DNA of 64,000 nucleotides from Octopus bimaculoides (GCF_001194135.2 NC_068987.1:99320557-99384556); one strand, 5' to 3'. Shown: positions 24,140-37,978, counted from the stretch's first letter. The notes: generated by a model from the letters alone, not told the origin. Numbers and translations are program-made.

Positions 24140-24385
24140 TGTAATGATGAGTGTCGTTGACACTCCTGTGGGATTGAAAAAATAGACTAGCCGAAATCTG
24201 ATAAAGAGTCGCATATTTTTGAGACGAGAGTAGTCATAGGAATTGTTGAGAGTCCGTGAAAGTCGTAGGAAATTCTTTGAGAGTTTGTGTTTGTTGGTGT
24301 ATCGTGTTTAGCGGAGTAAATTAAAGTACGGCGTGTGAAGACAGTTGTGTCTATCCCCGCTTCGTGAAGTAATATATATCCAACG
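24140..24385 (+). mobile_element. Probable 3-prime LTR of the gypsy element
   Basis: Polypurine tract AAAAGGGAGAGA (24128-24139) immediately followed by TGTAATG; plausible end ..ATATCCAAC near 24384. Confidence 0.6.
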
Positions 24386-25099
24386 TATAGAAGGATGTAA
24401 AAAAATTGTTTTTTGAAATTGGAGGTAACGAATGATTTCTTGAAAGGCTTATAACCTATATTTAAAATTCGTAATATTTTTAGATATCTTATATCGTTTC
24501 AGCATTATAAACGTTACCTATCCTCATCTCTCGCTCNNNNNNNNNNNNNNNNNNNNNNNNNNNNNNNNNNNNNNNNNNNNNNNNNNNNNNNNNNNNNNNN
24601 NNNNNNNNNNNNNNNNNNNNNNNNNNNNNNNNNNNNNNNNNNNNNNNNNNNNNNNNNNNNNNNNNNNNNNNNNNNNNNNNNNNNNNNNNNNNNNNNNNNN
24701 NNNNNNNNNNNNNNNNNNNNNNNNNNNNNNNNNNNNNNNNNNNNNNNNNNNNNNNNNNNNNNNNNNNNNNNNNNNNNNNNNNNNNNNNNNNNNNNNNNNN
24801 NNNNNNNNNNNNNNNNNNGTGTGTGTGTGTGTGTGTGTGTGTGTGTCTGTGTGTGTGTGTGTGTGTTTGTGTGTATATATGTGTGTGGGGGTATAAGCCT
24901 AATGAGAAACTCATTTACGTAATAGTTAAATACACGATAGCTAATATTAGTTACAGAGGGTCTAACATCTCTTCCTCAAAAGAAATTTTCGTGAAAGCGG
25001 CCGCCTACTATAACAGTGCTCTAGCCAATTGAGGCTTCAAGGAAAAATAAATGTATAGTGCCTCTAATATTTATCCGAATAAAAATAATAATAGATCTA

Positions 25100-25810
25100 G
25101 TTGCATCAATGTTAACATTAATCAGAATTGTAACAATAATAAGAAAGTTAAAAAGAGGAAAAAGATAAACGTTAGTTGTGTCCCTCGCTTTTCCCTTAAT
25201 AATAAAAACTAACATAGGTAAAAGATTCCCGGCTCTTCGAGACAAAAACTTTCCAGCAACTTACAGATGCAGGAAAATATTCAATAGGCGTTCTGTGTAA
25301 TTATCATATAATTGCTACCCCAAGAAGAAGAGTGACACGTGATCAATACCAAGAACTTAATTCCTCTTGTAACTGTCGCGAGCCAAGATCCTGTCCACTT
25401 GTGAATCGAAGTATGCGTAAATCTAAAGTATATGAAGCAGAATTTACAACAACCTTAAATAATAAGACAAGAGATAAGAAGACCTATATTGGAGTATGTG
25501 AAGGTCAATTTAAAAATTGCTATGACAATAAAATAGCCTACTTCTGACATAAGGACAAACACAGGGCAACTAACTTAGCTAGCTACGTATAGAATTTGAA
25601 AGATCACAAAACATCACATGTGATTAAGTGGAGTATAATTGAGAATCCATACCTTATGATAATCGTCCGGAAAATATAGGCTGTATTTAGCAGAAAGAAT
25701 GTAAATCCTGTTTAGATCTCAGACCCATAACTCCCTACAAATCTCTAGGTCTGAAAATTTTAGCGTTTGCAAGAATATGTATAAATATATTTTGAAGAAC
25801 TGGAAAATAC
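25100..25810 (+). mobile_element. Penelope-like element, C-terminal linker plus GIY-YIG endonuclease remnant
   Basis: PRFSL..KTNIGKRF..DKNFP..RKIFNRRSV*LSY..CNCREPRSCPL..KSKVYEA..KKTYIGVCEGQFKNCYDNK..F*HKDKHRATNLASYV*NLKD..IKWSII..SRSE; frameshifts and stops throughout. Confidence 0.85.
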
Positions 25811-26358
25811 TGGCTATTCTTGATTATCTTGTTGATATCTTTCCAGTCTTATCATTGAAGGTCTAGGAAAGTTACACCTTTACCTTTATTTTTACTTCTT
25901 ACTTTTTACATTTTAGTTTTTTGTGTTTCCGTTTTCCGTTTTTTCATTTTCAGTTTTTTTTTAACCTTTGGCGTTTTCTGTAAGCTGCATTCTCATTTCT
26001 TTCGCGTTTCTTCTCTTATTCTCTTTTTAGTGCGTCATGATATGTGGTTTGTTCCTAATGAATAGGTTTGACATATTTCTTAACATATGAAAAATTAATA
26101 GCACTTAAAGATATGTATTTTGTTCTTTAAATAAACAATATATATAGACATTTTGACAGTTGATGACAGGAATGCGTATATATTATGTACATTTGTGGAG
26201 TTGATCATTTTTGCAAAGGTGAAAGTGAGTGGATTGATAGATTGTGGGGAACGCTTACTTTGATATTGTCTCTAATTAGGTTTGCACACATTTTGGGAGT
26301 TTATGTGGTATTTACATACACACATATATACACGTACACACACGCGCGTATATATAAG

Positions 26359-26435
<77 letters not shown>

Positions 26436-26439
26436 GGCG

Positions 26440-26800
26440 AGTTCGGTAGATAGATAGTTATAATTAATATTTTGTTGCCACTTCAACATGGATGTTCTGT
26501 ATAGAACGTTTTTAGCCAAAGAGAACACGCTCTCCAACTGGTTAATGACATAGCTTGTGTGCGTATATTGCTAGTAGAGGAGTGGTCCCCTACCATCCAG
26601 CGATTTCATAGGAACATTAGACTAGCTCGGTTGCGGGGTATTTGCTATTCCTCAGTATGGAACACCTGTCCGGTGGTGATGGCATTCGTTCGCACCATCT
26701 CGCAAGATATATAAAAGAGGCGATATACAGCCTGTTCGTTGTTCTTTCAACTGCCTTTGTTAAATTGTATATTTTTAGATAATACATTATATTTGTTACG
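26440..26800 (+). other. Unassigned GC-richer segment with a TATA-like box (solo LTR or promoter candidate)
   Basis: GATATATAAAAGAGGCG near 26707-26723 followed by CAGCCTGTTCGTTGTTCTTTC; no second LTR copy or gene seen. Confidence 0.2.
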
Positions 26801-26996
26801 TGGTCAGCTCAGTTTGGTCCTACCTTATTAAACCTCCTCGTCGTTCAGATTCTCAATTCTTTTCTGACCTACTTCTCGGACTATTTCCATCTGTCCAGAA
26901 CCACTCTATAACCATTCCTCCTGTATCTGTATTGGACATTTTGTACTTCTAGGATTCTATCATCATGGATATTACTGTTCACATTAGTTGATTTTT

Positions 26997-27037
<41 letters not shown>

Positions 27038-30000
27038 NNNNNNNNNNNNNNNNNNNNNNNNNNNNNNNNNNNNNNNNNNNNNNNNNNNNNNNNNNNNNNN
27101 NNNNNNNNNNNNNNNNNNNNNNNNNNNNNNNNNNNNNNNNNNNNNNNNNNNNNNNNNNNNNNNNNNNNNNNNNNNNNNNNNNNNNNNNNNNNNNNNNNNN
27201 NNNNNNNNNNNNNNNNNNNNNNNNNNNNNNNNNNNNNNNNNNNNNNNNNNNNNNNNNNNNNNNNNNNNNNNNNNNNNNNNNNNNNNNNNNNNNNNNNNNN
27301 NNNNNNNNNNNNNNNNNNNNNNNNNNNNNNNNNNNNNNNNNNNNNNNNNNNNNNNNNNNNNNNNNNNNNNNNNNNNNNNNNNNNNNNNNNNNNNNNNNNN
27401 NNNNNNNNNNNNNNNNNNNNNNNNNNNNNNNNNNNNNNNNNNNNNNNNNNNNNNNNNNNNNNNNNNNNNNNNNTTAATTAACAAATGAAGGACCTGTAAA
27501 AGTGTATAACATACATCGCTATAATAGTAAACTATGTGTAAAATAAACACAGTATTATTCACTTTACGAATGAAGTTTCTAGGTTTAGACAATTGCTTAG
27601 AACAAGCGACGAATATTTATGCTTTTCTTATAATTCGATTATAACGTTAACATATTGAACCTATATTCATGAGGCGGTACGAATGTTGAGTATAAATGAA
27701 CGAGCAGATATATTTAAATGTAGAAAATCCCTACATATTATTGATTTAACATCTACATTCCTTTGTACACTAACACTTTTTTTTAATATACTTTCTTTAA
27801 GTTTCCATCATACGTGTCTGCATTTTACCTGTGAGTAGTGTAATAATGATCATGTTCAATTTTCATTTAAGTAATTCGTTGGTTTGTTGGCTTGAAGTAA
27901 CATAGGCGAATGTTGCTTTCAAATTGAAAGTAACGTAAATTGGATTTCTGTTTTACTACACTAAATCATTATTTTCAATTTGTACCAAGTATGTTCAAAT
28001 AGCGATTTTCAAACATATTGATGCAATATCAGAGTATCAAAAACATACTGGCTTACAGTTCGGTTTCTTCTTTGACATTAGTTTACTTGAGTTCAGCCTT
28101 ATTCTGACATGCATCTCCACTGAGATAGAATGCTTGGAAAGATGCTCTTACTAATTCACCAAGAATCTTTTACTGTACAGAATCGCCATTTGTACATTTT
28201 CAGGATAACCGTATGAAATAATATGACAGTACATTTTAGAAAGTATATTTAATGAGATCGTGGCACTAGTGGTCAATTATCTGCAACAGCTAACCACATA
28301 CCAAATGTTACCTGGGTTCAGGCTTTGGGGTCCTAATATTAAAATACATGATGTATCACAATTTTACGATAATATGGATATTTCTATATATAAGATTTAC
28401 AATATGAACAATGATTGCAGTGTGAAACGATTTTGCAAATTACTTTTATTGTAAAAAAATATATATATAATGCTATTAGTTTTTGTACATATTCTCGAAG
28501 GCACACTACAGCGTAATATGTGGGTGATTTATGACATTGTATAAGACTAATGCATTTTTTGAAATTGAGAAAATCTCCATAATACATCAACGACTATATT
28601 CTGTGAAACATTTCGGTGTGTTACATTATAGTTGGATTGAATGAGTTCAAGAAGCCATCTTATTAATGTATTGCTTTTGGAGCAGAAGGCAAAGAATCAT
28701 ACATTTCGGAGCTGAGGAAATATAGTAGAAAGTAAATAATTCATAAATAGGCTTGTTGGTATATATCGCCTTTTTTTTAAATTCCGATTAAGAGTCTCAG
28801 GTGAGACATTGCCGTCTATTGGAAATATATTTATCATTTTTAAGAGAGATATTACATTTCTGAATTTGTTCATGTCACAGCTTACCAGTAATGATAGAAA
28901 GGCAGAGATAAGCAAATATATACCTTATTGAGTATTCCTTGAGGGAATGGTCTATCATCTCTGGATATATGGAAGAATATTTATGACTCTGAATAGCAAA
29001 AATTATTGAAATAATACAACATTCACATCAGAGAATGTAACGAGTTTTTCTTTTAACATAGTGATATTGGATAACTAAAAGGAGCCACAACCAGATTCTT
29101 AGAGACAACATTGTGTCAACAACTTCTTGAGGTTATATTCAATATCAGGAATGTGATATTGATTAAAGATTTTTATAATTTTAGAATAGTCAGTTTTATT
29201 AGTCTTGTCAACAGAAACGACCAGAAACGACAAAAGAGAAACATTCTCAATAATTCTCAAATATATTACATACTATGATTCTGATATCAATGATTCTAAA
29301 TCTTCAGTGGGTATACATGGAAATTTACGTGAATACACATTGTGAATGTTAGGAAGATCTGAATATGAAACCTTTACTTCAGTACACAATTGCAGAACTT
29401 CCGATTTCACCTGTATTGAAGGCATTAACATTACACATCTTTGTGATATTTAGTATTCTTCGATTTCAGTTGTACTCTCGTCAGAATGAGTAATAGGTCA
29501 TCGTTTTGTATCGATAAAATAGGTACCCGTAATATAATGCTTAGCTTTCTTCGTCTCTTTCACGCCGCAAATATTTTCTATTGTTGTCTTTGTCCAATAG
29601 GTTGTTCGTTAAGCTGTAATGATTTTACACGTTTTCAGTAAGGTAACTGAAAACGTTATATTACAATATCGTCCTATCAACATGTTCCAGTGTTGCATTA
29701 GAAGCATGTATGATACGCATATTTTTTTAAATAATAGTTTGCCTTCTATAAACGTATGCGTTGTATAAGCTGTTCTTTTTTAACATGATTTAATATATTT
29801 TATTGAAGTTCAATGCTTGCGATTTGTAGTCTAGTGACTATGTTACAATTGCCTCGAATGCATCTATAGATCCATATAAGCAAGAATACGCTTCCTTGTA
29901 TGAAATTAGAAAATACATTTTATTCTCACTTGACACTTCGCTTCTCTTTCGCATACACAATAATTTATTATTTGTTGCCTGTTGAAAAGTTTAATATCAC

Positions 30001-32499
30001 TGGTGTTATATTAATTAGTAATACAGTGAATTAGCGTATTGATTATAATTTATGAAATTGTGAATATATTAAAAGGGTAATAGATGTAACCATAGTACCA
30101 GCAACAGAAGGGCAAAGCATTGTTTAGATCACAACAGAAAGAACGCGTGGATTAAGTTGAAGGTTTTCTTCCCTTTGGAAAAGAACATAATTTCGAATTT
30201 ATTAAAATTCCTATATAAAGTTCCAGCTATCTTATGTGAGTATTAGGACATTCATGTATATACACCTGTCAATTTGTAAAACATTGACAATCGTAGGGCC
30301 AGCCAAGGAAGGATGGGCGTGTAACAGGCCATAAATAACAGTCAAATTAATCAAAACCCACACAAGGCCGTCTAAAATACAACCGGCACACGTATATAGA
30401 CCCGAACAGAATTAAAGACGAGATGGGAACAGCTAGACTGAGGAAAAACCACCACAACGAAAACAATAATTAGAATGAAGGTTATCCTTATACAATACAA
30501 TGGCATCTCAACTTTGTTCGCTGTAAATCCGTCCTGCAATATTAATTTCCATTTGAAATTTCGGTTAAAGATTCATGTTTCGCTTACACCAATGACGAAT
30601 TACTCATTGTTTGTAATTCATAAATAGAAAATTAGATGTTAGAACTATTTCAGAACTAATCTTTAAGACAACATTTCTTTATGTATGCCATCATATTCTA
30701 AGTGACTTAGTCTCCACTTGTCATCCTAGTTTTAATTTTAAGAAAAATTAAAAAGGGAGATATACGATTTTATCTTCGAATACATATTTTTGAATTAAGA
30801 CCGAACATTTTTACACGCCTAAATCCATAACGCGTTGTAGAGTATAAGTAAATTGGCGGGAAAATAAGCCAATAAAACATGGCATTAACTTATCAAATAT
30901 CAAATAGGCTACGTTATTATAGAAATGTAAACACTGAAATACATATCGTGTCATAACTGATATTCATATATGTTATATGTGAGATTATTTGGTTTTGGGT
31001 ACTGTGATATGTCCTAGATCAAAGATATAAAAGGCAGCTTTTAAGATTTTGATCTGGAAATTAGATACGACCTTTATGACGTATTCGCAGATTCGAATTA
31101 ACAGAAGTAAAGAGCTGAAAGGCGATGGCGTGAATTGATTGCTAATTATGGGACTACAACCGAAAAAACATTAAAAGCGACGTTCCTATAGTCAGAAAGA
31201 GTATGACCATTTCTAAACAAGACTATTTATTTTCAGTTTGCTGTGTAGAATGTTCCAAGTATAGGAGATTTCAGTTCTAGTTTTGAAAGTTGGGTCACTG
31301 ATTTATGCAGAAGCTTCCACTCGGCCTTCAGAGGAATTTGTCATTTATCTGAACTAAGTACCAAGTATAAGGTATTGGTAACCGTGAATAATAAATGGAA
31401 AGCAACTCTTTCAATTATCATACAGTTGTTGCTAATCTAGACGGGCGTGGTGTGGAACCAAATGACTGAAATGCAGTCATCACCTCCGCTCAGTAAAGAT
31501 ATATCGGCTGAAATGTTTGCTTAATCGTTTTACCTTTTGTACATCTATCTTGTATTTCTCTGTCAACTATGTCAACTCCAATGAGAAACAATGTGCTGGA
31601 AGCAGAAGACGTGAATGTCTTTGATCGACCCTGTCATTACCGTTCAAAGAATACCATAAGCAAAAAGAAGGTAATATGAACAACTATCTTATGGGCATTA
31701 AGGGTATTGAGATGGATAATATAGTTGATAAAGATATTATTTATCTGGTCTAAAGTTGTGCATGATGGTCGTTTCTTCACAAGTTAATTTTCCTGTTGTA
31801 ACCGATCAGAGTTATTCAGTATAGGCTTTACTTTAATTTATTAAATTACACTGTTCATACTGCCTAAGGAACTGTCAAAATAACCACGACATATACCGAA
31901 TTATATGAAATTCGTAAATATTCACTTTCTCAAAACTCCTCCTTGATTTGCTGATTTCTACAGTTATCATAAGTAAGGTATGTGGCCATATATTGTTTCT
32001 CTCTGACTCTATTTAAATCTGTTATGTATTTGCATCATTTTGCATATATTTCGTTCAATATAACTTTCAAACTGTATAAATAACTGTTTTTGTTTTCTTT
32101 CATAGCGTTTATATAAAAATAAAAACCCTTCTGTTTCCATTTTTAATGTTGATGACTTGCTAGAACCTTATAGCGCTCTTCTTAAAAACATAAATAGGAT
32201 CGGGATGATAGCATTTTTGAAATAGTTTTATCAAAATATGTTTATTAAAATTAATTCTTTTAATTAATCATTTGCTCTAAGGATCATTTTGGTGTCCTAC
32301 ATAGTACAATATCCTAATATTTTATTTGACTTTAGTCTCATTATTTGTCTGTAGATGAATTAGACGAAAACTTAATAATGATTTACTTCTTATTCATTCA
32401 TTTGTGCTTAGACTTTATGCATTGACTTTAAATTCCAGCGAAAAGGTATGTAACTATGGCTGAGACGATATTTTATGGTTTACCTGTGATTTACTATTA

Positions 32500-33050
32500 C
32501 ATAGATTATAATTTACATAATACATCACCCTCTTTAGTCAAAGCTATTTGATGTATGTTGGGCTTATATGTTTGATCAAGGATGCTGGGTTATCTATTTG
32601 ACATAAACGTATTTGATAATTCCGAAAGCACGCCTTATTAGAGCGCCGTATTTGTTTTCAATTCCCATACTCTAGTTTATTTCTCATTCGGTGTTTTAAC
32701 ATTCAATTGTTACACTATGTATTTAAGTGACGTATTATCTTCCAACGGAATTGATAAATCGGTTATGAGATATACAATTTCCTGGTTGTTTATGGCAATA
32801 TCTGGTCGATTAACCTTAATCTCCGCGTCTGTGTGTATTGACATGTCCCACTGCATGATTACTGTTCCATTCTCTGCGATCTTTTTGGGGTAATTTTGTA
32901 CAAGTTTCCACCGCTGTTTCATTTTATATATCATTGAAACCTGTCATTTAGATATAAACATTTCCTTTGTGATTAAAATTCCTCAGTTAATGTGATTGAT
33001 TCCATCACCATATCTGTGTATTTGAATAGTCTGCATGTTACAAGTTTGGG
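32500..33050 (-). mobile_element. RLE-type LINE C-terminal fragment (zinc-knuckle remnant plus PD-(D/E)xK nuclease)
   Basis: TCRLF..DGINHI, then PKKIAENGTVIMQWDMSIHTDAEIKVNRPDIAINNQEIVYLITDLSIP (ILWD..I.TD..I.ANRPDI..LID.SIP), then RVWELKT..FGIIK. Confidence 0.82.
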
Positions 33051-33189
33051 TATATCTTTATTGTTTCTGTCGCTATTGATTACAATTTAGAATGTTTTAA
33101 CTTATTGATTTGAATCTCGTGCATTTTCGGTCATTGCAGAGGTTATTATTTTCCACTTCCAGTATTCTTTTATTCATTTACTTGAAGGA

Positions 33190-33570
33190 TGTTAGCGGAA
33201 GAGATTGACCTCAGGACTTATTCTTTGTAAACCTAGTACTTATTCTATCGGTCTCTTTTGCCGAGCCACTAAGTTACGGGTATATAAACACACTAGCATC
33301 GGTTGCCAATCGATGATGGGGAGGGGACAAACACATATATACATATATATACACACACAAATACATACAGACGCATAAACCACTTATATTACAGACTTCT
33401 TCCAGTTTCCGTCTGCGAAATCTACTCACAAGGCTTTGGTCGGCCCGAGGCTATAGTACTAGACGCTGTAGTAGTAGACACCTGTCCAAGATCCCATGCA
33501 GTTGGACTGAACCCGGGGCCATGTGCTTGGGAAGCAAGTTCCTTACCAAATAGCCACTCCTGCGCCTACA
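33190..33570 (-). mobile_element. tRNA-type SINE (family B)
   Basis: Minus head GGCGCAGGAGTGGCTATTTGGTAAGG..CCGGGTTCAGTCC, central TATAGCCTCGGGCCGACCAAAGCCTTGTGAGTAGATT, tail GGCAAAAGAGACCGATAGAATAAGTACTAGG; homologous to 38128-38533. Confidence 0.88.
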
Positions 33571-34921
33571 CAGTGTGTAGACTGTAGCTGGTTCTCTCAA
33601 ATCGGTATGGAATTTATTCTCGAAAATAGGAGTCATATATCACTGAAATTAATTCAAATATGCACTCTCTATCTTCTCTCGTTTTTCTCTCTCTCTTCTT
33701 CCACCAGCCTCCGGGACAGCACTTTTCTGTGCTTTCCCGATTACTATAAGTTACCACCAGTATAAAAGTTGGGCTTTCTGCCGCATGGCAAAACATAGTG
33801 GCCATATTGTAGTACCGCTCATCAATATTTCTGTGGATATTAGGAGACAAAAGAATTTGTAATATCTTGATGATGCTTCCAGAACATAAGACTGAACTCG
33901 AAATTTTCAGATAGTTCTTATTTAAGTGTTGTTACTTTTACTGCCACTTGTAGATTTCTTCTATTTTTCATGGAACTAGGATGGTGTCCACAACTGCTAG
34001 ATACCTGTAAGATCTTTCTAAGGTATTGGAAACTATGGATCACATAACGGCGTGTTTGGTAGTTCACTTTGCGTGCAGAAGTGCTTGTTTTTCATCAAAA
34101 GGCTTTTCAGTAAATAGACCTAAACATATGACCTTATATCTCTAAGTTTGACAATTGTCTTACATTCAGCTGAGTACTGTACTTCACTGACACTTTTCAG
34201 GACACTGAAAACCCTCAAGGTTTAGAAAAGGAAAACAGAATAAAGGGTTAATGCATTAAGTCATCTTCCTGCCGCCAATAATTTTGTAAATATGACAGAT
34301 CATTCTTGTAGTAAAGAGTTTCTAGAGAACTAAAATCACGGCCAAACTAGGCTCAAAACCAGATGTCCCATAGAAAACATTTACAACAATGTAATTTCCA
34401 ATTAGAAGTCTGGCTACATATCCATCAACATGCTGGGATCAATACAAGCACCTGTTTCCGCTAAGCATTTTTTTAGTCTGCCTTCCCAAGAAAGCTATTT
34501 CTAAGATCCCAGAGCGTATAACAGTAACATTGTACTTACATACGAGTATGACACATTTTAGTTCAATCCCACAATGTCCTTCAACACATCGTCTAAAAGT
34601 TGGATGATTTAAATCTTGGACAATACTTTCTGACGTACGCTTTACAGGCCAGTTTCAAACATCAAGAGAAATTATTACTGTTTATTTGAGTTAATTTTAC
34701 TGATAAATGGCTCCTATTTCCGAGAATAATTTGATGCCGATTTCAAGAAACCAACAAAATTCTACATGCTGGAAGAAAGCAAATTAATAGAAGCCAACAA
34801 ATGAATAGCAAACGGGGACAGAGACGTAAAGGCGGAAAAGTTCGAAAGATATAGTTCTCTCTGAAGTCTTCCATATTGTATGTGGAATTCTAACGCAAGA
34901 AACGTAGCTCCTGTGCATTTG

Positions 34922-36169
34922 TACCAGGGTGGGCTAAAAAGAACATAGGCAGATTATGACGGAGTGATACTAAAGCTGTAATATCGGGTATGCATTCATT
35001 TAAACACTTTTTTTTATTAATAACTGCATTATCTCTTTCCAGTTAAATTCTTTCCACGAAAAGTGACAGGTGATTGTAGAAATATGTCTTTAAAAGTAAG
35101 TAGTAGCGACTTCTCTTGGAAATAGACAAAATTTAGTGTCGTTATGTTAGCAAGTACCTGTAGAAAAAGGATTTAGCCACCAGACCCTATCATGCTGACA
35201 TTATTGCAAAATTAGACGATCGAACTCCAGCTTTATCAACAGCGAAATACTGGACATCTGAATTTAGAAGCGAGAATCTTGAAGATGACCTAAGGTTTGG
35301 ACATCCTGTAGCTGCTACGATCGAGAAAAACATCGATCGTGTTCTACACATGCTGGATGAGAGGCAATTAACTATAAATCTAATAGCCAATGGTATAATC
35401 GTATCCCTTCAAACAGCTGAGAATATTCTGCACAAAAATCTTCGCATGATGATAGCATCTGCTCAGTGGGTGACACGTCTTCTGGGACCTGCTCAAACAT
35501 GCACCAGTCTGAACATAAAACAGGAAAATCTGACATAGTTTCTGGCAGATGCTGCTGGTTTCATTAAACGTTACCCAACCTAGGACACATGTTGCCTTCA
35601 TCACTTTGATCAGGAGAAAATATGACAATCCATGTAAACAGCCTTCCTCACTAGCTCCAAGAAAGGCCAATTTCGTTTCATCTGTCGGGAAGTTGATGAC
35701 CTTTGGGATGCAAGAGGCATTATGTTTATAGAGGAGCCACATTATCAATGGAAAGTGTTATGCCAAATTGCTGAGGCACATTCGAAACTTTATGAAAGCT
35801 AAACACACAGGAAAACTGATGGAAAGGTCCTGTTTGTTCAAGACAATGCCATAACGTCCACGTCCCTCGTTTCAATGATCCCTGTCCGTGCCTGTGTCTA
35901 TGAATTGTTGATTGCCTTTCCATCTGTTCTTCAACATGAAAAAACACACCTGGCTGGGAAGCTGATGCTGTGGTCATAAGTGTTCTTGATTTTTTTATGT
36001 CTAACAAGACAAAAGCTTCTTCACCAATAGGATGGATCCATTTACTGAAACACCGATGTAAGAAGTTTACAGACCGCACATGGGGACTATGTTAAAAACT
36101 TAACCGTACTTGGTCACATTCCATGAGTGTATCTTGGAAAACTTCTGAATGTTTCAGCCAACTCTCGTA
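34922..36169 (+). mobile_element. Near full-length mariner fossil, same family as 1201-2238
   Basis: Degenerate TIRs TACCAGGGTGGGCTAAAAAGAACA and (reverse complement) TACGAGAGTTGGCTGAAACATTCA, 16 of 24 identical, with TA at both ends; length 1248 bp. ORF remnants EIDKI*CRYVSKYL*KKDLA, LEDDLRFGHP, SAQWVTRLL, T*DTCC, VQDNA, NMKK; the YSPDLAPSD segment is deleted. Confidence 0.93.
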
Positions 36170-36801
36170 TGCTTTGTATAAATTAATATAACGTTAAGCC
36201 GAGATATGCAGAGAGGAAAAGAAGAAAGAATAGTGTTAAAAAAAAGTGAGCTTCGGAGTCATGTTCCCACACGAACCCACCTAAGCAATGCCGGTGTGTA
36301 AGTTTACAAGGTAATTGAAAAGAATATGACAGATAGTGTTTGGACACGTGTTAATGCGGTGTTTAATATGTTAGTGTGTACCAGGACTTTCAATTTGTAC
36401 GCCATGCTGTGCTTTATATAATTTAATATATATTTTCTCCTTTTATTACATTTTTATTGAAGTCGGTTACTTGACTGAGATATTCTAGCATATGTCGAGT
36501 GTTGTTCTTGTGAGGCTGCGAAGGCTGTGTTGAAATTCCTATTAACTGAGATAGCGTGTTGCATATGAAGCTGGATTATGTTGCTCGTATCAAGCTCACC
36601 AATTATTATCTATAAGAATTCAACATACATAATCTGTATTACCAGGGAAGAACATATATTGTACAGACTGGATCAATATGAATATCATCGGGAATTATCA
36701 GCTTATAATTCATTATACAACCCGCATATGATGTTTGATTATATGTATTTATTTTCCCTTTCGCTGTGTAAGTACATAAATATTGCTGAATAACGAATTC
36801 T

Positions 36802-37032
36802 TATTTCTTTATTGTCCACAAGGGGCTAAACATAGAGGGGACAAACAAGGACAGACAAAAGGTTTAAGTTGATTACATCGACTCCAGTGCCTCACTGGTA
36901 CTTATATAATCAATCCCGAAAGGATAAAAAGCTAAGTCGACCGCGGTGGAATTTGAACTCTGAGCGTAAAGACAGATGAGATACTACTAATCATTTCGCC
37001 CGGCGTGCTAACGTTTCTGCCAGCTCGTCGCG
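36802..37032 (-). mobile_element. Young family A SINE with 19-bp target-site duplication (1 mismatch)
   Basis: Same tail subfamily as 12932-13168; TSD TTGCTGAATAACG(A/T)ATTCT at 36783-36801 and 37033-37051. Confidence 0.92.
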
Positions 37033-37879
37033 TTGCTGAATAACGTATTCTGATGACCTAATGCTGGGTGTGATTGTATTTGCTGTCTGCATTTCGAACG
37101 ACCGAAAAAAAAAAAAAACCATGTCCGATTGTATTTTTTTCTTGATTGCATATTTTCAGGTGTTGTCTTGCGCCCGGCTTCGCCATTTATTTAAGGTAGC
37201 TGTTTGAGAAAAGCATTGATCATGTGAAACCAAAATCAAACATTTTCTCTCAGCTATTTGTATTTCTTTTGGCTAAACACCCACTGTTTTATTTACCTAT
37301 TTCTTTTTAGTTGTTTTTCTTTTAGATTCCGAATCTAGAGACAGCCTACACTTCCTACATATTGCATTTCCGACGTATGTGTTGCTTTAAACTTTATACT
37401 AATACAAGCATTTTTCTTTAACGTACTTAACGTTTATTTTCAAAGAAGTTTACCTAGACTAAAAACATAATTGCAACATATATGGTAAACTTTTTTCTAT
37501 ATATGACAATCAGTTTAATTTTGCAAACCTATAAATACATTTATCCATTGAAATTGTTTGTTGTGTACACTTTAATTATAATAATCCACACGTTACAATT
37601 TCTGTTTTTTTTTTTTAATTTACATTTTCGCGTATATCCATATTAATTTGTTATTTCTATCGGACTTCTGTTTTTCAACTAGACATAGGTTTTTACATGC
37701 GTGTAGATATATTTGGCGATGTTGGAAGCACAAAGAAGATTGAATTTTGTTGATGCCATTTTAAAACTTTCTGAGTTGTATCCGTCTCTACAAAAAGTCA
37801 ATTTATTATTCCTTCTCTGCACACTCAATCCCTTGCCGACTGAGATTCATTTTGTCTTATACACGGACATGCCCACATG

Positions 37880-37921
37880 TATACACACGCACGCACACGA
37901 ACACGCATGCACACACACACG

Positions 37922-37978
<57 letters not shown>

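Noticed and set aside
29629-29656. Perfect 11-bp inverted repeat ACGTTTTCAGT/ACTGAAAACGT with a 6-nt spacer
   Set aside because: Isolated, with no second copy or associated feature; cannot be distinguished from chance.
30851-30875. E2F site (GGCGGGAAA) with two CCAAT boxes
   Set aside because: Short motifs with no CpG-rich context or identifiable downstream gene.
36578-36793. Reflectin-like M/Y/D-rich stretch (YNPHMMFDYMY)
   Set aside because: Lacks the reflectin MDMSNYSMDMYGRYMD-type repeat and any repetition.
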